From NCBI GenBank assembly GCA_041628225.1, contig JBFKPQ010000003.1, positions 1-44,480 on the forward strand: a stretch of DNA of 44,480 nt. Direction: 5' to 3'. Below, one piece after another: positions 19,084-28,143 of the stretch (positions are counted from its first letter, which is position 1; every line of letters begins with the position of its first letter). Source of the DNA: Acidimicrobiia bacterium. Its GTDB lineage: Bacteria > Actinomycetota > Acidimicrobiia > Spongiisociales > JAENVV01. The position numbers were made by a program, and so were the translations under genes. The notes beneath the pieces are model-generated. The model was given only the letters and a program-made list of their open reading frames with translations. It was not told the origin of the DNA and did no database searches.

Positions 19084-20163
19084 CTAGACCGAGACCAAAC
19101 CTTCCTGTTCCGCCCGAACCCGGAAGTCGTGCGGATTGGACGCCGAGCTCACCGCCGTCTGGAACGAGATGAGTCCCTGCTTGAACAAGCCGAGGATCGA
19201 CTGATCGAACGTCTGCATGCCGTAGAACTCCGACTCCCTGATCACCTCGACGAGGCTGTGGGTCTCGGCGGGATCGACGATGCGGTCGAACACACGGCCG
19301 TTGTTCGTCATGACCTCGACAGCCGGGACGCGGCCACCGTCTGTCTTCTCGAGAAGCCGCTGGCTGATGACGCCGCGGAGTGTCGAGGCGAGGAGGATGC
19401 GGATCTGCTGCTGCTGATACGGCGGGAAGAAATCGATGACGCGGTTGATCGTCTCGGTGGCGTCGATGGTATGCAGCGTCGACAGGACCAGATGGCCTGT
19501 CTCGGCAGCCTGCAACGCTGCCTTGACCGTCTCGGCGTCACGCATCTCACCGATGAGAATCACGTCGGGGTCCTGCCGAAGGGCACGCCGGAGGGCCTCC
19601 GTGAAGTCCTTGGTGTCCATGCCGACTTCGCGCTGGGCGATGATCGACAGCTTGTCGCGATGCAGCACCTCGATCGGGTCCTCGATCGTGATGATGTTCA
19701 CGCGACGCGAACGGTTCATGAAGTCGATCATGGAGGCCAGCGTCGTCGTCTTGCCCGACCCGGTTGGCCCGGTGACGAGTACGAGGCCCCGATGCTCGTG
19801 GGTCAGCTTCTCGAGGACCTTCGGCAAGCCCAACTCTTCGAAGTTCTGCGTCGTCGGGAGCACGCGGCGCAGCACGAGACTCACCGATCCGCGCTGACGA
19901 AACACGTTGATCCGGAAGCGTCCCAGCTCGGCCTTGCCGTAGGCGAAGTCGGCTTCGTTCATCTCGCGGAACTCGGCGGCGGCGCGCTGCGTGAAGATCG
20001 ACTGGGCGTACTCCTCGGTGTCGTTGGGCATCAACATCGGGAGGCTCGTCGGGTGGAGCTCGCCGTCGATGCGCATGACCGGGGGCGATCCAACCTTGAG
20101 GTGCAAGTCGGAAGCGCCGACTTCGATCATTTTCTTCAACAAGTCGTCGAGGTCAGCCGACAC
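19084..20163 (-). CDS. pilT: PilT-family (type IV pilus retraction-type) hexameric ATPase
   Basis: It has Walker A GPTGSGKTT, Walker B region DPDVILIGEMRD and His box GHLVLSTLHT. I place the start at GTG 20163 (VSADLDDLLKKMIEVGASDLHL), which is preceded by GGAGGA. The longer tracked ORF overlaps the HDAC gene. Confidence 0.85.
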   Translation of the reverse strand: MSADLDDLLKKMIEVGASDLHLKVGSPPVMRIDGELHPTSLPMLMPNDTEEYAQSIFTQRAAAEFREMNEADFAYGKAELGRFRINVFRQRGSVSLVLRRVLPTTQNFEELGLPKVLEKLTHEHRGLVLVTGPTGSGKTTTLASMIDFMNRSRRVNIITIEDPIEVLHRDKLSIIAQREVGMDTKDFTEALRRALRQDPDVILIGEMRDAETVKAALQAAETGHLVLSTLHTIDATETINRVIDFFPPYQQQQIRILLASTLRGVISQRLLEKTDGGRVPAVEVMTNNGRVFDRIVDPAETHSLVEVIRESEFYGMQTFDQSILGLFKQGLISFQTAVSSASNPHDFRVRAEQEGLVSV

Positions 20164-20239
20164 GGGGTCCTCCAGCAAGTGAACTTCGATACCTTCATCG
20201 GCCGGCGAAGCAGACGACTTGACGGTTACGTGGCGGTAC

Positions 20240-21250
20240 CTACAACAACCAATACGGCGATTGCGCCTGCACGACCAGGTCGAGAATCCGCCACGCATCG
20301 GTCGGTGAGAACACCTGCTCGTACGCGCCGGGTTCCAAACCGGCCGTTCCATCGAGCGTTGCGGCGACCGAGGAACGCACCGCACCCGTGTCATAGCCGC
20401 CTTCGAGGAAGAAGATCGTTCGCTGGGCGGGTACGACCGATGCGAGCTGGCTCGCCATCGTCTGGTAGTCGCCGGCCACCAGCATCCCGTCGGCGAGCGG
20501 GTCGAGGCGGTGTGCGTCGTACCCCGCCGACACCAACAGCCAATCCGGCTCGAACTGGCGAAGAACGGGCCCGATCACCCGATCGAACGCAGCCGCATAG
20601 ACGTCGCCTCCCGTGCCGGCCGGCAACGGCAGATTGACCGTGGTTCCAGCTCCAGGGCCGTACCCCACTTCGTCGATCCACCCGGTGCCCGGATAGAAGG
20701 GGTATTGATGGGTCGACACATACAGCACGGATTCATCGTCGTTGAACACCACTTGCGTGCCGTTCCCGTGGTGGACGTCCCAGTCGACGATCGCGACACG
20801 CTCTCCGGCACGATCGAGCATCCGGGCGACGATCGCCACGTTGTTGAACAGACAGAACCCCATCGCCTGGTTCACGAGTGCGTGGTGTCCAGGAGGTCGA
20901 ACGGCGAGAAAGGCGACGTCTTCGACCCCTCCACGCAGTCGCTCCACCGCCAACACGCCGGAACCCGCCGATCGGAGCGCCGCTTCCCAGCTGTCGGTCA
21001 CCGCATACGTGTCGGCATCGAGCTGACCGCCGCCCGAAGCACAGAACTTCTCGATGGCGTCGATGTACTCACTGCTGTGCACGAGCTCCAGCAGCGATCT
21101 CTCGATGATGGGCGCCTCGACTTCGTGGACCTCGTGCGACGTGTCTCGCACTCCATCGATGGCGGCCGTCAGACGCTCTGGCCGCTCCGGATGCCACAGG
21201 CCGGACCGATGCTCGAAACAGACAGGATGGGTCACCAGGAGCGTCCGCAT
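20240..21250 (-). CDS. histone deacetylase-family (arginase-fold) deacetylase, AcuC/acetylpolyamine amidohydrolase-like
   Basis: The N-terminus is MRTLLVTHPVCFEH. The metal/active-site region DWDVHHGNGTQ and EGGYD are present. I place the start at ATG 21250. Confidence 0.85.
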   Translation of the reverse strand: MRTLLVTHPVCFEHRSGLWHPERPERLTAAIDGVRDTSHEVHEVEAPIIERSLLELVHSSEYIDAIEKFCASGGGQLDADTYAVTDSWEAALRSAGSGVLAVERLRGGVEDVAFLAVRPPGHHALVNQAMGFCLFNNVAIVARMLDRAGERVAIVDWDVHHGNGTQVVFNDDESVLYVSTHQYPFYPGTGWIDEVGYGPGAGTTVNLPLPAGTGGDVYAAAFDRVIGPVLRQFEPDWLLVSAGYDAHRLDPLADGMLVAGDYQTMASQLASVVPAQRTIFFLEGGYDTGAVRSSVAATLDGTAGLEPGAYEQVFSPTDAWRILDLVVQAQSPYWLL

Positions 21251-21319
21251 GGCGCCACTCTCGCACACTGACCTGGCAGGATCGAGTTCGCCTCGTAGAG
21301 TGCGACCCGAAGGAGGATC

Positions 21320-22057
21320 GTGCCCGTCACCATTCGCGGAACCTGGCCCGGAGCGCTGACGCTACGGAGCGGTTGGAACAAGGCGAACGCGCGCCCGTGG
21401 AACGATGACACGCCCATGGCAATGCTCCGGGTGGTGCGGGGCAGTTCGCCGTTTCTGAGAGCGGCAACCGACGAGCTGATCGCGTCGTGCCGTGAGCACC
21501 CCCAGGCTCCGATCGAGGCCGTCGTATCGCCTCCACTTCCCCCCACCGGCCTCAGGATCTGGACGGAGGCGGGCTACGACCGGTGGCTCGACCTGGACTT
21601 ATACACGCGCGATCTGGCGGCTCCGATCGGCGAACCACGGCATGTCATCGAAACGGGCACAAAAGAGGACTGGCCGCGCGCCATCGACATCGACCGGCGG
21701 TCGTTCGACGACCTGTGGCGGCTCGGACCTCTCGGTCTCGACGAGGCGAGGCAGGCCACTCCGAAGAACATCTTTCTCGTCCACCGATCCGACGGTGAGA
21801 TGGTCGGGTTTGCGATCGCGGGCGCCGGCTCGACCGTGTCGTATTTGCAGCGTGTGGCGGTCGATCCGGTCCACCAAGGCCACGGGTACGGCCGGTCGCT
21901 GGTGCGCGCCGCCCTCCAGTGGGGTCGGGCGAACGGAGCCAAGACGATGCTCTTGAACACACAGCCCGAGAACCAAGTGGCGGCACGCCTCTATATGACA
22001 ACCGGGTTCCATCGTCTCCCCGGTGGTCTGCGCATCGTTCAGCGCTCCGCCGGCTGA
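21320..22057 (+). CDS. GNAT family N-acetyltransferase with an N-terminal extension
   Basis: The acetyl-CoA motif is LQRVAVDPVHQGHGYGRSLV. The start at GTG 21320 lies only about 3 nt after AAGGAGG, so it is uncertain; ATGs at 21416/21422 are alternatives. Confidence 0.72.
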   Translation: MPVTIRGTWPGALTLRSGWNKANARPWNDDTPMAMLRVVRGSSPFLRAATDELIASCREHPQAPIEAVVSPPLPPTGLRIWTEAGYDRWLDLDLYTRDLAAPIGEPRHVIETGTKEDWPRAIDIDRRSFDDLWRLGPLGLDEARQATPKNIFLVHRSDGEMVGFAIAGAGSTVSYLQRVAVDPVHQGHGYGRSLVRAALQWGRANGAKTMLLNTQPENQVAARLYMTTGFHRLPGGLRIVQRSAG

Positions 22058-23376
22058 TGCCTCCCACCCTCCCCGACCGTTACCGATTGGAGGTTCGACT
22101 TGGCGACGACGAGGACGTCGAGGAGTGGCTGGCCACCGACACCGCACTCGACCGGCCGGTGCTCCTGAGATATGTGGAGGCTGGGGCCGGCCAGGCTCGC
22201 TGCGACGCCTTCCTCGACCACGTGCGCGCCGCGGCGGCCGTTCCTCACACCCACATGGCGGCCGTGTACGCCGCAGGCGAACTCGACGGCTCGGCCTACT
22301 CGATCAGCGAGTGGACGGGGGGCATGACACTGGCCAACCGCATCCGGGCCCACGAGGGCGTCCCGGCCGAAGAGTTTCTGCCGAATGCGAGCGGTCTGGC
22401 CGATGCGCTGGCAGCCGTCCACGCGGCCGGACATGTCCACGGTTCCATCGACCCCGACGTCATCCAGTTCTCGGCAGCTCACCCCGCCAAGCTCGGAGGC
22501 TGGGGCCGCGCCAGGCGTTGGCGTGACCCCGATGGCGATGTCAAAGCCCTGGCGGCGACTTTGGAGACCACCCTGACCGGCCGAGAGCCGGGCGCGGTGC
22601 CGCCGTCACAAGTCGTCGACCGGATCAGCCCCATGGTCGATCGGGCACTCGCCGACGCCCGGTCCGGACGCCTCGATGCCGAAGGCCTGGCGGATGCCCT
22701 GCGAGCAGCGCCGCTACAGCGAGCCCGCACCGCCCCGGCGGCAGGATGGACCTGGCGGTGGGTGCTGCCGGCCATCGCGCTCGTCGTAGCGGCCGGCATC
22801 CTGGTGGCGCTCGGTTCGGCTCTCATCCAGTCGGGCGATCGCGCCCTCCCCCGGCCGGGAACCAACACCACCCGCCCCGGCGTAGCAGCCGGCCCCACCA
22901 CCACGACACGTGAAGGGACCGCGGTCACCACGCCGCCCAGCCAAGACGTGCGCGTGTCGATCCAACGGGCCATCGCATACGATCCGTTCGGCTCGGACGG
23001 TGAGCATGACGACCTAGCTCCCAACGCCATCGACGGCGACTTCGCCACGGCGTGGCGGACGGAGGGCTACTTCGACCCGCTTCCGCTCCTCAAGCCAGGT
23101 GTCGGCTTGGCGCTCGAAGTGACGGGACCGGCCGAAGCCATCGAACTGTCGGGAATCCCCTCGGGAACGGAGTTCGAACTGCGTTGGGCGCCGACGCTTC
23201 CCGCCGACTTCGGTGCCTGGACCGTTGTGTCGACGGGGACGGTGCGGGCCTCGCAGACGCTCATCGAGTTCCCGGCTCGAGACGGTGGCGTCTGGCTGGT
23301 CTGGTTGGTCGACCTGCCCGCCAACGAAGAGGGCACCTATCGATCGACCATCGCCGAAGTACGCTTCCGGCCATGA
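22057..23376 (+). CDS. membrane-anchored pseudokinase with an extracytoplasmic discoidin/CBM-like domain (like the C-terminal module of MviN)
   Basis: I place the start at ATG 22057, overlapping the GNAT stop (TGATG). The fold is kinase-like (YRLEVRLG..., HAAGHVHGSIDPDVIQF) but the motifs are degenerate. One TM helix (WVLPAIALVVAAGILVALGSALI) and a Pro/Thr linker follow. The C-terminal domain contains NAIDGDFATAW. Confidence 0.7.
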   Translation: MPPTLPDRYRLEVRLGDDEDVEEWLATDTALDRPVLLRYVEAGAGQARCDAFLDHVRAAAAVPHTHMAAVYAAGELDGSAYSISEWTGGMTLANRIRAHEGVPAEEFLPNASGLADALAAVHAAGHVHGSIDPDVIQFSAAHPAKLGGWGRARRWRDPDGDVKALAATLETTLTGREPGAVPPSQVVDRISPMVDRALADARSGRLDAEGLADALRAAPLQRARTAPAAGWTWRWVLPAIALVVAAGILVALGSALIQSGDRALPRPGTNTTRPGVAAGPTTTTREGTAVTTPPSQDVRVSIQRAIAYDPFGSDGEHDDLAPNAIDGDFATAWRTEGYFDPLPLLKPGVGLALEVTGPAEAIELSGIPSGTEFELRWAPTLPADFGAWTVVSTGTVRASQTLIEFPARDGGVWLVWLVDLPANEEGTYRSTIAEVRFRP

Positions 23377-23954
23377 CTGCCAGTCGCTCGACCGAAGATC
23401 TGGCGCTCGTCCAGAAGTTCTTGGCCGGTGACCAACGGGCCTTCCATGACCTCATGTCGGCCCATGAAGACCGCGTGTTCTCCATCTGTCTGCGCATCAT
23501 GCGGAACCGCGAACACGCGCTCGACGCGACGCAAGAGACGTTCGTCAAGGTGTTCCGGAGGGCAGACCGATTCACCGGGGAATCCGCGTTTTCGACGTGG
23601 CTGTATCGGGTCACCGTGAACACGTGTTACGACCAGCTCAGAAAGCTGAAACGCCGCCACGCCGACCCACTTCCCGAAACCAACGACCCGGCGGATCCGA
23701 CCGTCGATGACCAGCTCACCGCGGTCGAGTTGCGCCCGGACCTTCACGCCGCCCTCGAAACGTTGCCCGACGAGTTCCGTGCGGCGGTCGTCCTCAGCGA
23801 CCTCGAGGGCCTGCCGCTCGCCGATGTGGCGGAGATCCTCGGCGTCCCGGTCGGAACCGTGAAATCCCGAGTCTTCCGGGGTCGGCGCCTCATGGCAGCA
23901 GAACTCCGGAACCGAATCAGTCCCGACGAGCGTCAGAGAGACGAACATGCATGA
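23373..23954 (+). CDS. ECF (sigma-70 family) RNA polymerase sigma factor, SigM-like by position
   Basis: I place the start at ATG 23373, overlapping the previous stop (ATGA). Region 2 is FSTWLYRVTVNTCYD and region 4 is LADVAEILGVPVGTVKSRVFRGR. Confidence 0.9.
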   Translation: MTASRSTEDLALVQKFLAGDQRAFHDLMSAHEDRVFSICLRIMRNREHALDATQETFVKVFRRADRFTGESAFSTWLYRVTVNTCYDQLRKLKRRHADPLPETNDPADPTVDDQLTAVELRPDLHAALETLPDEFRAAVVLSDLEGLPLADVAEILGVPVGTVKSRVFRGRRLMAAELRNRISPDERQRDEHA

Positions 23955-24750
23955 CCACGATCTCGATCTGATTGCCGCCTATGCCGAACGCGTCCTCGTG
24001 GGCGATGCAGATCCCTCCGATCCGGCGGCGGGGCTCGTCGACTCGTGCGCCGAGTGTCGGACCGAGTACGACGATCAGCGAACCGTTCTGGCGTTGCTCG
24101 ATGGTGCTGGACCTGCGTCGCTCACCGAGATCGAACGAGCGCGCTTGCATCGCAGCTTCGACGCGGCGGTCACTCCCCCGGCTTCCGCCGGCCGCTGGCT
24201 CCGCTGGGTTCCCGCCACGGCAGTCGCGGTCGTGGCATTGGCCTTCATCGGGGTCGGCGGTCTCCTGAACCTCGGATCCGGCGACACCGCCTCCGATGCG
24301 TTCGATATCGCCGCGGAATCGACCGCCGACACCATGGCCACCCTGGCGGTCACCGAACCCACCGAGGCGGCGATGGACGCCGCGGCCGGGGCCGCCCCCG
24401 CCGCCGACGATGGTGGTTCGTTCTATTTCCGAGCCGACGGGGGCATGACACCCATCGCAGACATCGGCTCGGTGTCGGAATCGGAGTTGGACATGCTCCT
24501 CGGCGACGGCCTCATCCGTCAGCAGGCGCTCACCGAAGACGCCGGCAACGCGTTGGGAGCGGCACGGTCAGCCTGGACGATCGCCGATCTCGAATGTCTC
24601 GACGACGGTGTGCGGGCCCTGCGCGAGGAACCCACGTTCATCGGACTCGGCGACATCAAGGGGACGGCGTTCGAGCTCTATGCCACCGAACGCGACTCCG
24701 TTGTTCTCGAACCCCCGTCTTGTGACGTGGCCCGGCCCAGTGGGGAGTGA
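23947..24750 (+). CDS. anti-sigma factor (zf-HC2-like N-terminus, single TM)
   Basis: It overlaps the sigma gene by 8 nt. The N-terminus has ...VDSCAECRTEY..., one TM helix is WLRWVPATAVAVVALAFIGVGGLL, and the extracytoplasmic part is acidic. Confidence 0.7.
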   Translation: MHDHDLDLIAAYAERVLVGDADPSDPAAGLVDSCAECRTEYDDQRTVLALLDGAGPASLTEIERARLHRSFDAAVTPPASAGRWLRWVPATAVAVVALAFIGVGGLLNLGSGDTASDAFDIAAESTADTMATLAVTEPTEAAMDAAAGAAPAADDGGSFYFRADGGMTPIADIGSVSESELDMLLGDGLIRQQALTEDAGNALGAARSAWTIADLECLDDGVRALREEPTFIGLGDIKGTAFELYATERDSVVLEPPSCDVARPSGE

Positions 24751-24777
24751 CCCGACCACTGGCTAGGCTGTGCCGTC

Positions 24778-25068
24778 ATGGAAGAGTTCGCAACGCGATT
24801 CGCCGACGCCCTCGAAAACACCGCACTCAAAGTGCGCTCGCTCACCGTCGATCGAGTCGATCGGGTACTCACACTCATCGCCCTCGGACTGGTAGCCGGC
24901 GTCCTGACGCTCGTCGCGCTGGTCTTCTTGATCGTGGCGCTGTTTCGCGTACTCGGGAACTACACGACCGTGGAAGGCGCCTACGCCATTCTCGGGGGAT
25001 TATTCGTGATCGCCGGCGCGTTTGTCTGGGCGAAGCGAAACTCGGAACAGGATTCACAACATGGCTGA
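24778..25068 (+). CDS. small two-TM membrane protein (possibly holin-X/DUF1469-like)
   Basis: 96 aa with two hydrophobic helices. Its stop overlaps the trxB start by 8 nt. The family assignment is tentative. Confidence 0.5.
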   Translation: MEEFATRFADALENTALKVRSLTVDRVDRVLTLIALGLVAGVLTLVALVFLIVALFRVLGNYTTVEGAYAILGGLFVIAGAFVWAKRNSEQDSQHG

Positions 25069-25975
25069 GAAGCTCATCATCATCGGTTCGGGCCCGGCGG
25101 GATACACCGCGGCGCTGTATGCGGCGCGCGCCGACCTCGCACCCCTGGTCTTCGAAGGCAGCCAGCGCGGCGGCCAGCTGATGATCACCACCGACGTCGA
25201 GAACTACCCGGGCTTTCCCGACGGCATCATGGGCCCCGAACTGATGGAGCAGTTCCGCAAGCAAGCGGAACGATTTGGCGCCCGCCTCATCACCGCCGAC
25301 GTCACCAAGGTCGATTTCTCGGCCCGGCCCTTCAAAGTGTGGGAAGGCGCCGACGTCTACGAAGCCGAAACGGTGATCGTCGCCACCGGCGCGTCCGCTC
25401 GATGGCTGGGAATCCCCGGAGAGGAGCGCCTGACCGGCCGCGGCGTGTCCGCGTGTGCGACCTGCGACGGCTTCTTCTTCCGCGACAAGGAACTCCTCGT
25501 CGTCGGCGGGGGCGATTCGGCCATGGAGGAAGCGCTGTTCCTCACCAAGTTCGCATCGAAGGTCACGATCGTGCATCGCCGCGACGAGTTCCGCGCCTCG
25601 CGGATCATGGCCACTCGCGCCATCGAGCACGAAAAGATCGAAGTCCTCTGGAACACCACGGTCGTGGAGATCCTCGGCCAGGACAGCGTCGAAGGCGCCG
25701 TCCTACAGGACACCGTCACAGGTGAAACACGATCCGTCACGACCGACGGCGTGTTCGTCGCCATCGGCCACGATCCGAATACCGGCATTTTTCAGGGCGA
25801 ACTGGCGTTGGATGACAACGAATACGTACTCGTCGAGAACCCTTCGACCGCGACGTCGGTCGAGGGAGTCTTCGCAGCCGGCGACGTCGCCGATCACGTG
25901 TATCGTCAGGCGATCACGGCGGCAGGGACCGGTTGCCGCGCCGCCATCGACGCCGAGCGGTGGCTCGAAGGATAA
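25061..25975 (+). CDS. trxB: thioredoxin-disulfide reductase
   Basis: The N-terminus is [18 protein letters not shown] and the redox centre is SACATCDG. I place the start at ATG 25061. Confidence 0.95.
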   Translation: MAEKLIIIGSGPAGYTAALYAARADLAPLVFEGSQRGGQLMITTDVENYPGFPDGIMGPELMEQFRKQAERFGARLITADVTKVDFSARPFKVWEGADVYEAETVIVATGASARWLGIPGEERLTGRGVSACATCDGFFFRDKELLVVGGGDSAMEEALFLTKFASKVTIVHRRDEFRASRIMATRAIEHEKIEVLWNTTVVEILGQDSVEGAVLQDTVTGETRSVTTDGVFVAIGHDPNTGIFQGELALDDNEYVLVENPSTATSVEGVFAAGDVADHVYRQAITAAGTGCRAAIDAERWLEG

Positions 25976-25984
25976 GGAGCTTTC

Positions 25985-26311
25985 ATGGCCGACAACATGC
26001 TGACCATCACCGACGACACCTTCAACGATGTCATTTCCGGATCCGACCCGGTTCTGGTGGACTTCTGGGCCGAATGGTGTGGTCCGTGCAAGATGATCGC
26101 TCCGGTCCTCGATGAGATCGCCGGTGAGTATCCCGACAAGATCTCCATCGGCAAGTTGAACATCGACGAGAACCCGCAATCGGCTGCCAACAGCGATGTC
26201 ATGAGCATCCCGACCATGATCGTCTACAAGGACGGGGTCGAGATGAAGCGCATCGTCGGAGCCCGCCGCAAGGACGATCTCGTCAAGGAACTGGCCGACT
26301 ACCTCGGCTAG
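25985..26311 (+). CDS. trxA: thioredoxin
   Basis: 108 aa with the WCGPC active site. Confidence 0.95.
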   Translation: MADNMLTITDDTFNDVISGSDPVLVDFWAEWCGPCKMIAPVLDEIAGEYPDKISIGKLNIDENPQSAANSDVMSIPTMIVYKDGVEMKRIVGARRKDDLVKELADYLG

Positions 26312-27282
26312 TGCGGCTCTATCGAGTCGGAGATTCAGGGGAGCCGGTCCGGGACATCCAGGGCCGGCTTTCTGCACTCGGCTTCGACTTCGCTCCTGAT
26401 CACTTGGGCGAGTTCGATGCCGGAACGCGCGCCGCGGTGATCGCTTTCCAATCCGCTCGGTCGCTCGATCCTGACGGCATCGTCGGCCCCGATACGTGGC
26501 GAAGCCTCTACGAAGCGGGGTTTACGCTGGGCGACCGAATCCTCTTCCGCCGCTCACCCATGATGCGTGGCGACGACGTTGCCGACCTGCAACGCCGTCT
26601 CAACGACCTCGGGTTCGACGCCGACAAGGTCGATGGCATCTTCGGTCCCCTCACGCACCGTGCCCTTCTCGACTTCCAGGCCAATCGCGGCATGGCCGAA
26701 GACGGCGTGGCCGGTCCGCTGGTGATCCGGGAGTTGGTCGCCATCACCCGGGGAGATCCGGCGGCCGGGCGGGAACGGGTCCGTGAGCGCGAGTGGATGC
26801 GCCGGCTTCCGACGACGATCGTTGGGGCGCGCATCTATGTGGACCCGGCCGGCCCGGATGACGCACAGCGCGCGACGATGTGGACGGTCGGCACCGCACT
26901 GCAACGGAGCTTCCAGATTTTAGGAGGCATTCCCTTGCTCTCTCGCGGCGTGGACATCTACCCGCCGGCGCCGATACGGGCCAGACGAGCCAATCGCCTG
27001 GGCGCCCACTTGGCCGTCTCTCTGACCGCACCCGCCGACGAGGAATCGCGGATCTACTTTTTCCGTTCGCATCACAGCCATTCGGAGGCTGGAGCTCTGT
27101 TGGCCCAGTGTGTCGGCGAACGGTTGGGGCTCGATTCGACTGGACGGGCCTCGGCGATGTTGAAGAACACCCGGGCGCCCGCCATCGTCATCGCAGCCGA
27201 GCTATCCGAGGTGCAGGTCGAACCCATCACACAAGGGTTCCAGGATTTCTTCGGTCGGGCAGCCGCCGAGTTTCAGCCGTAG
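26311..27282 (+). CDS. cwlM: CwlM-like protein: two peptidoglycan-binding repeats plus a degenerate amidase_3 domain
   Basis: The GTG start overlaps the trxA TAG by 1 nt. There are two PG_binding_1-like repeats (...GIVGPDTW..., ...DGIFGPLTHRAL...). The C-terminal amidase_3-like domain is IYVDPAGPDD...LAVSLTAPA. The position matches Rv3915. Confidence 0.8.
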   Translation: MRLYRVGDSGEPVRDIQGRLSALGFDFAPDHLGEFDAGTRAAVIAFQSARSLDPDGIVGPDTWRSLYEAGFTLGDRILFRRSPMMRGDDVADLQRRLNDLGFDADKVDGIFGPLTHRALLDFQANRGMAEDGVAGPLVIRELVAITRGDPAAGRERVREREWMRRLPTTIVGARIYVDPAGPDDAQRATMWTVGTALQRSFQILGGIPLLSRGVDIYPPAPIRARRANRLGAHLAVSLTAPADEESRIYFFRSHHSHSEAGALLAQCVGERLGLDSTGRASAMLKNTRAPAIVIAAELSEVQVEPITQGFQDFFGRAAAEFQP

Positions 27283-28133
27283 AACGTGCGGTAGATCCGT
27301 TCGAGGTCCTCGAGCGAGCCGAAGCCGATGACGATCTTGCCTTTGTTGGACCGGTATTTGATGTCGACGGGTGCATCGAGCCGGTCCTGGAGGCGATGCT
27401 CCAATTCGATGATGGCCGCAGGCCGTACTTCGGTCAGTTTGGGCTTTGCCTGCGGCATCTCGCCCGCTTCGGAGCGTGCTCGAACGGCGTCCTCGACCTG
27501 ACGAACCGACCAACCTTCTTCTGCTGCGCGCCGGCCGACGTGCTCCGCATACGCGAGGTCTTCCAAGCCCAACAACGCCCGAGCGTGACCGGCGGATAGC
27601 TCCCCACGCTCCAGCATCCCTTGGATCGCAGCTGGTAGACCGAGCAGCCGGAGCGAGTTCGAGACGGCCGATCGGCTCTTCCCGACTCGGTCGCCAATCT
27701 CTTGATGGGTTAACCCAAAATCTTCCATAAGTTGTTGGTAGGCCGCAGCTTCCTCGAGCGGTCCGAGATCTTCCCGCTGCAGGTTCTCGATGAGGGCCTG
27801 GGTCAAAGAGGACTGATCATCTTCGACCGGCCGGATGACGGCCGGCACCTCCGCCAGGCCCAACTCACGGGCCGCCCGGAGCCGCCGCTCCCCCGCCACC
27901 AACACAAAACCCTCATCGGTCTCGGTCACCACGAGGGGTTGGAGGATCCCAACCTCCCTGATCGACGCAGCCAACGACGCGAGGCTCTCAGGGTCGAACA
28001 GGGTCCTGGGCTGCTGAGGGTTGGGCTTGATCGAGGAGACCGCCACCATGGCGAATTGCTTCGGCTCTTGTTCGGCCTGCGGGATGAGGGCTTCCAACCC
28101 GCGTCCGAGTCCGCTCCTACGGGTGCCTGCCAT
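27273..28133 (-). CDS. parB: chromosome partitioning protein ParB
   Basis: It has the ParB box LVAGERRLRAARELG and an HTH region. GAGGA lies between the parA stop and this ATG. Confidence 0.95.
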   Translation of the reverse strand: MAGTRRSGLGRGLEALIPQAEQEPKQFAMVAVSSIKPNPQQPRTLFDPESLASLAASIREVGILQPLVVTETDEGFVLVAGERRLRAARELGLAEVPAVIRPVEDDQSSLTQALIENLQREDLGPLEEAAAYQQLMEDFGLTHQEIGDRVGKSRSAVSNSLRLLGLPAAIQGMLERGELSAGHARALLGLEDLAYAEHVGRRAAEEGWSVRQVEDAVRARSEAGEMPQAKPKLTEVRPAAIIELEHRLQDRLDAPVDIKYRSNKGKIVIGFGSLEDLERIYRTFYG

Positions 28134-28143
28134 GGTGTTCCTC

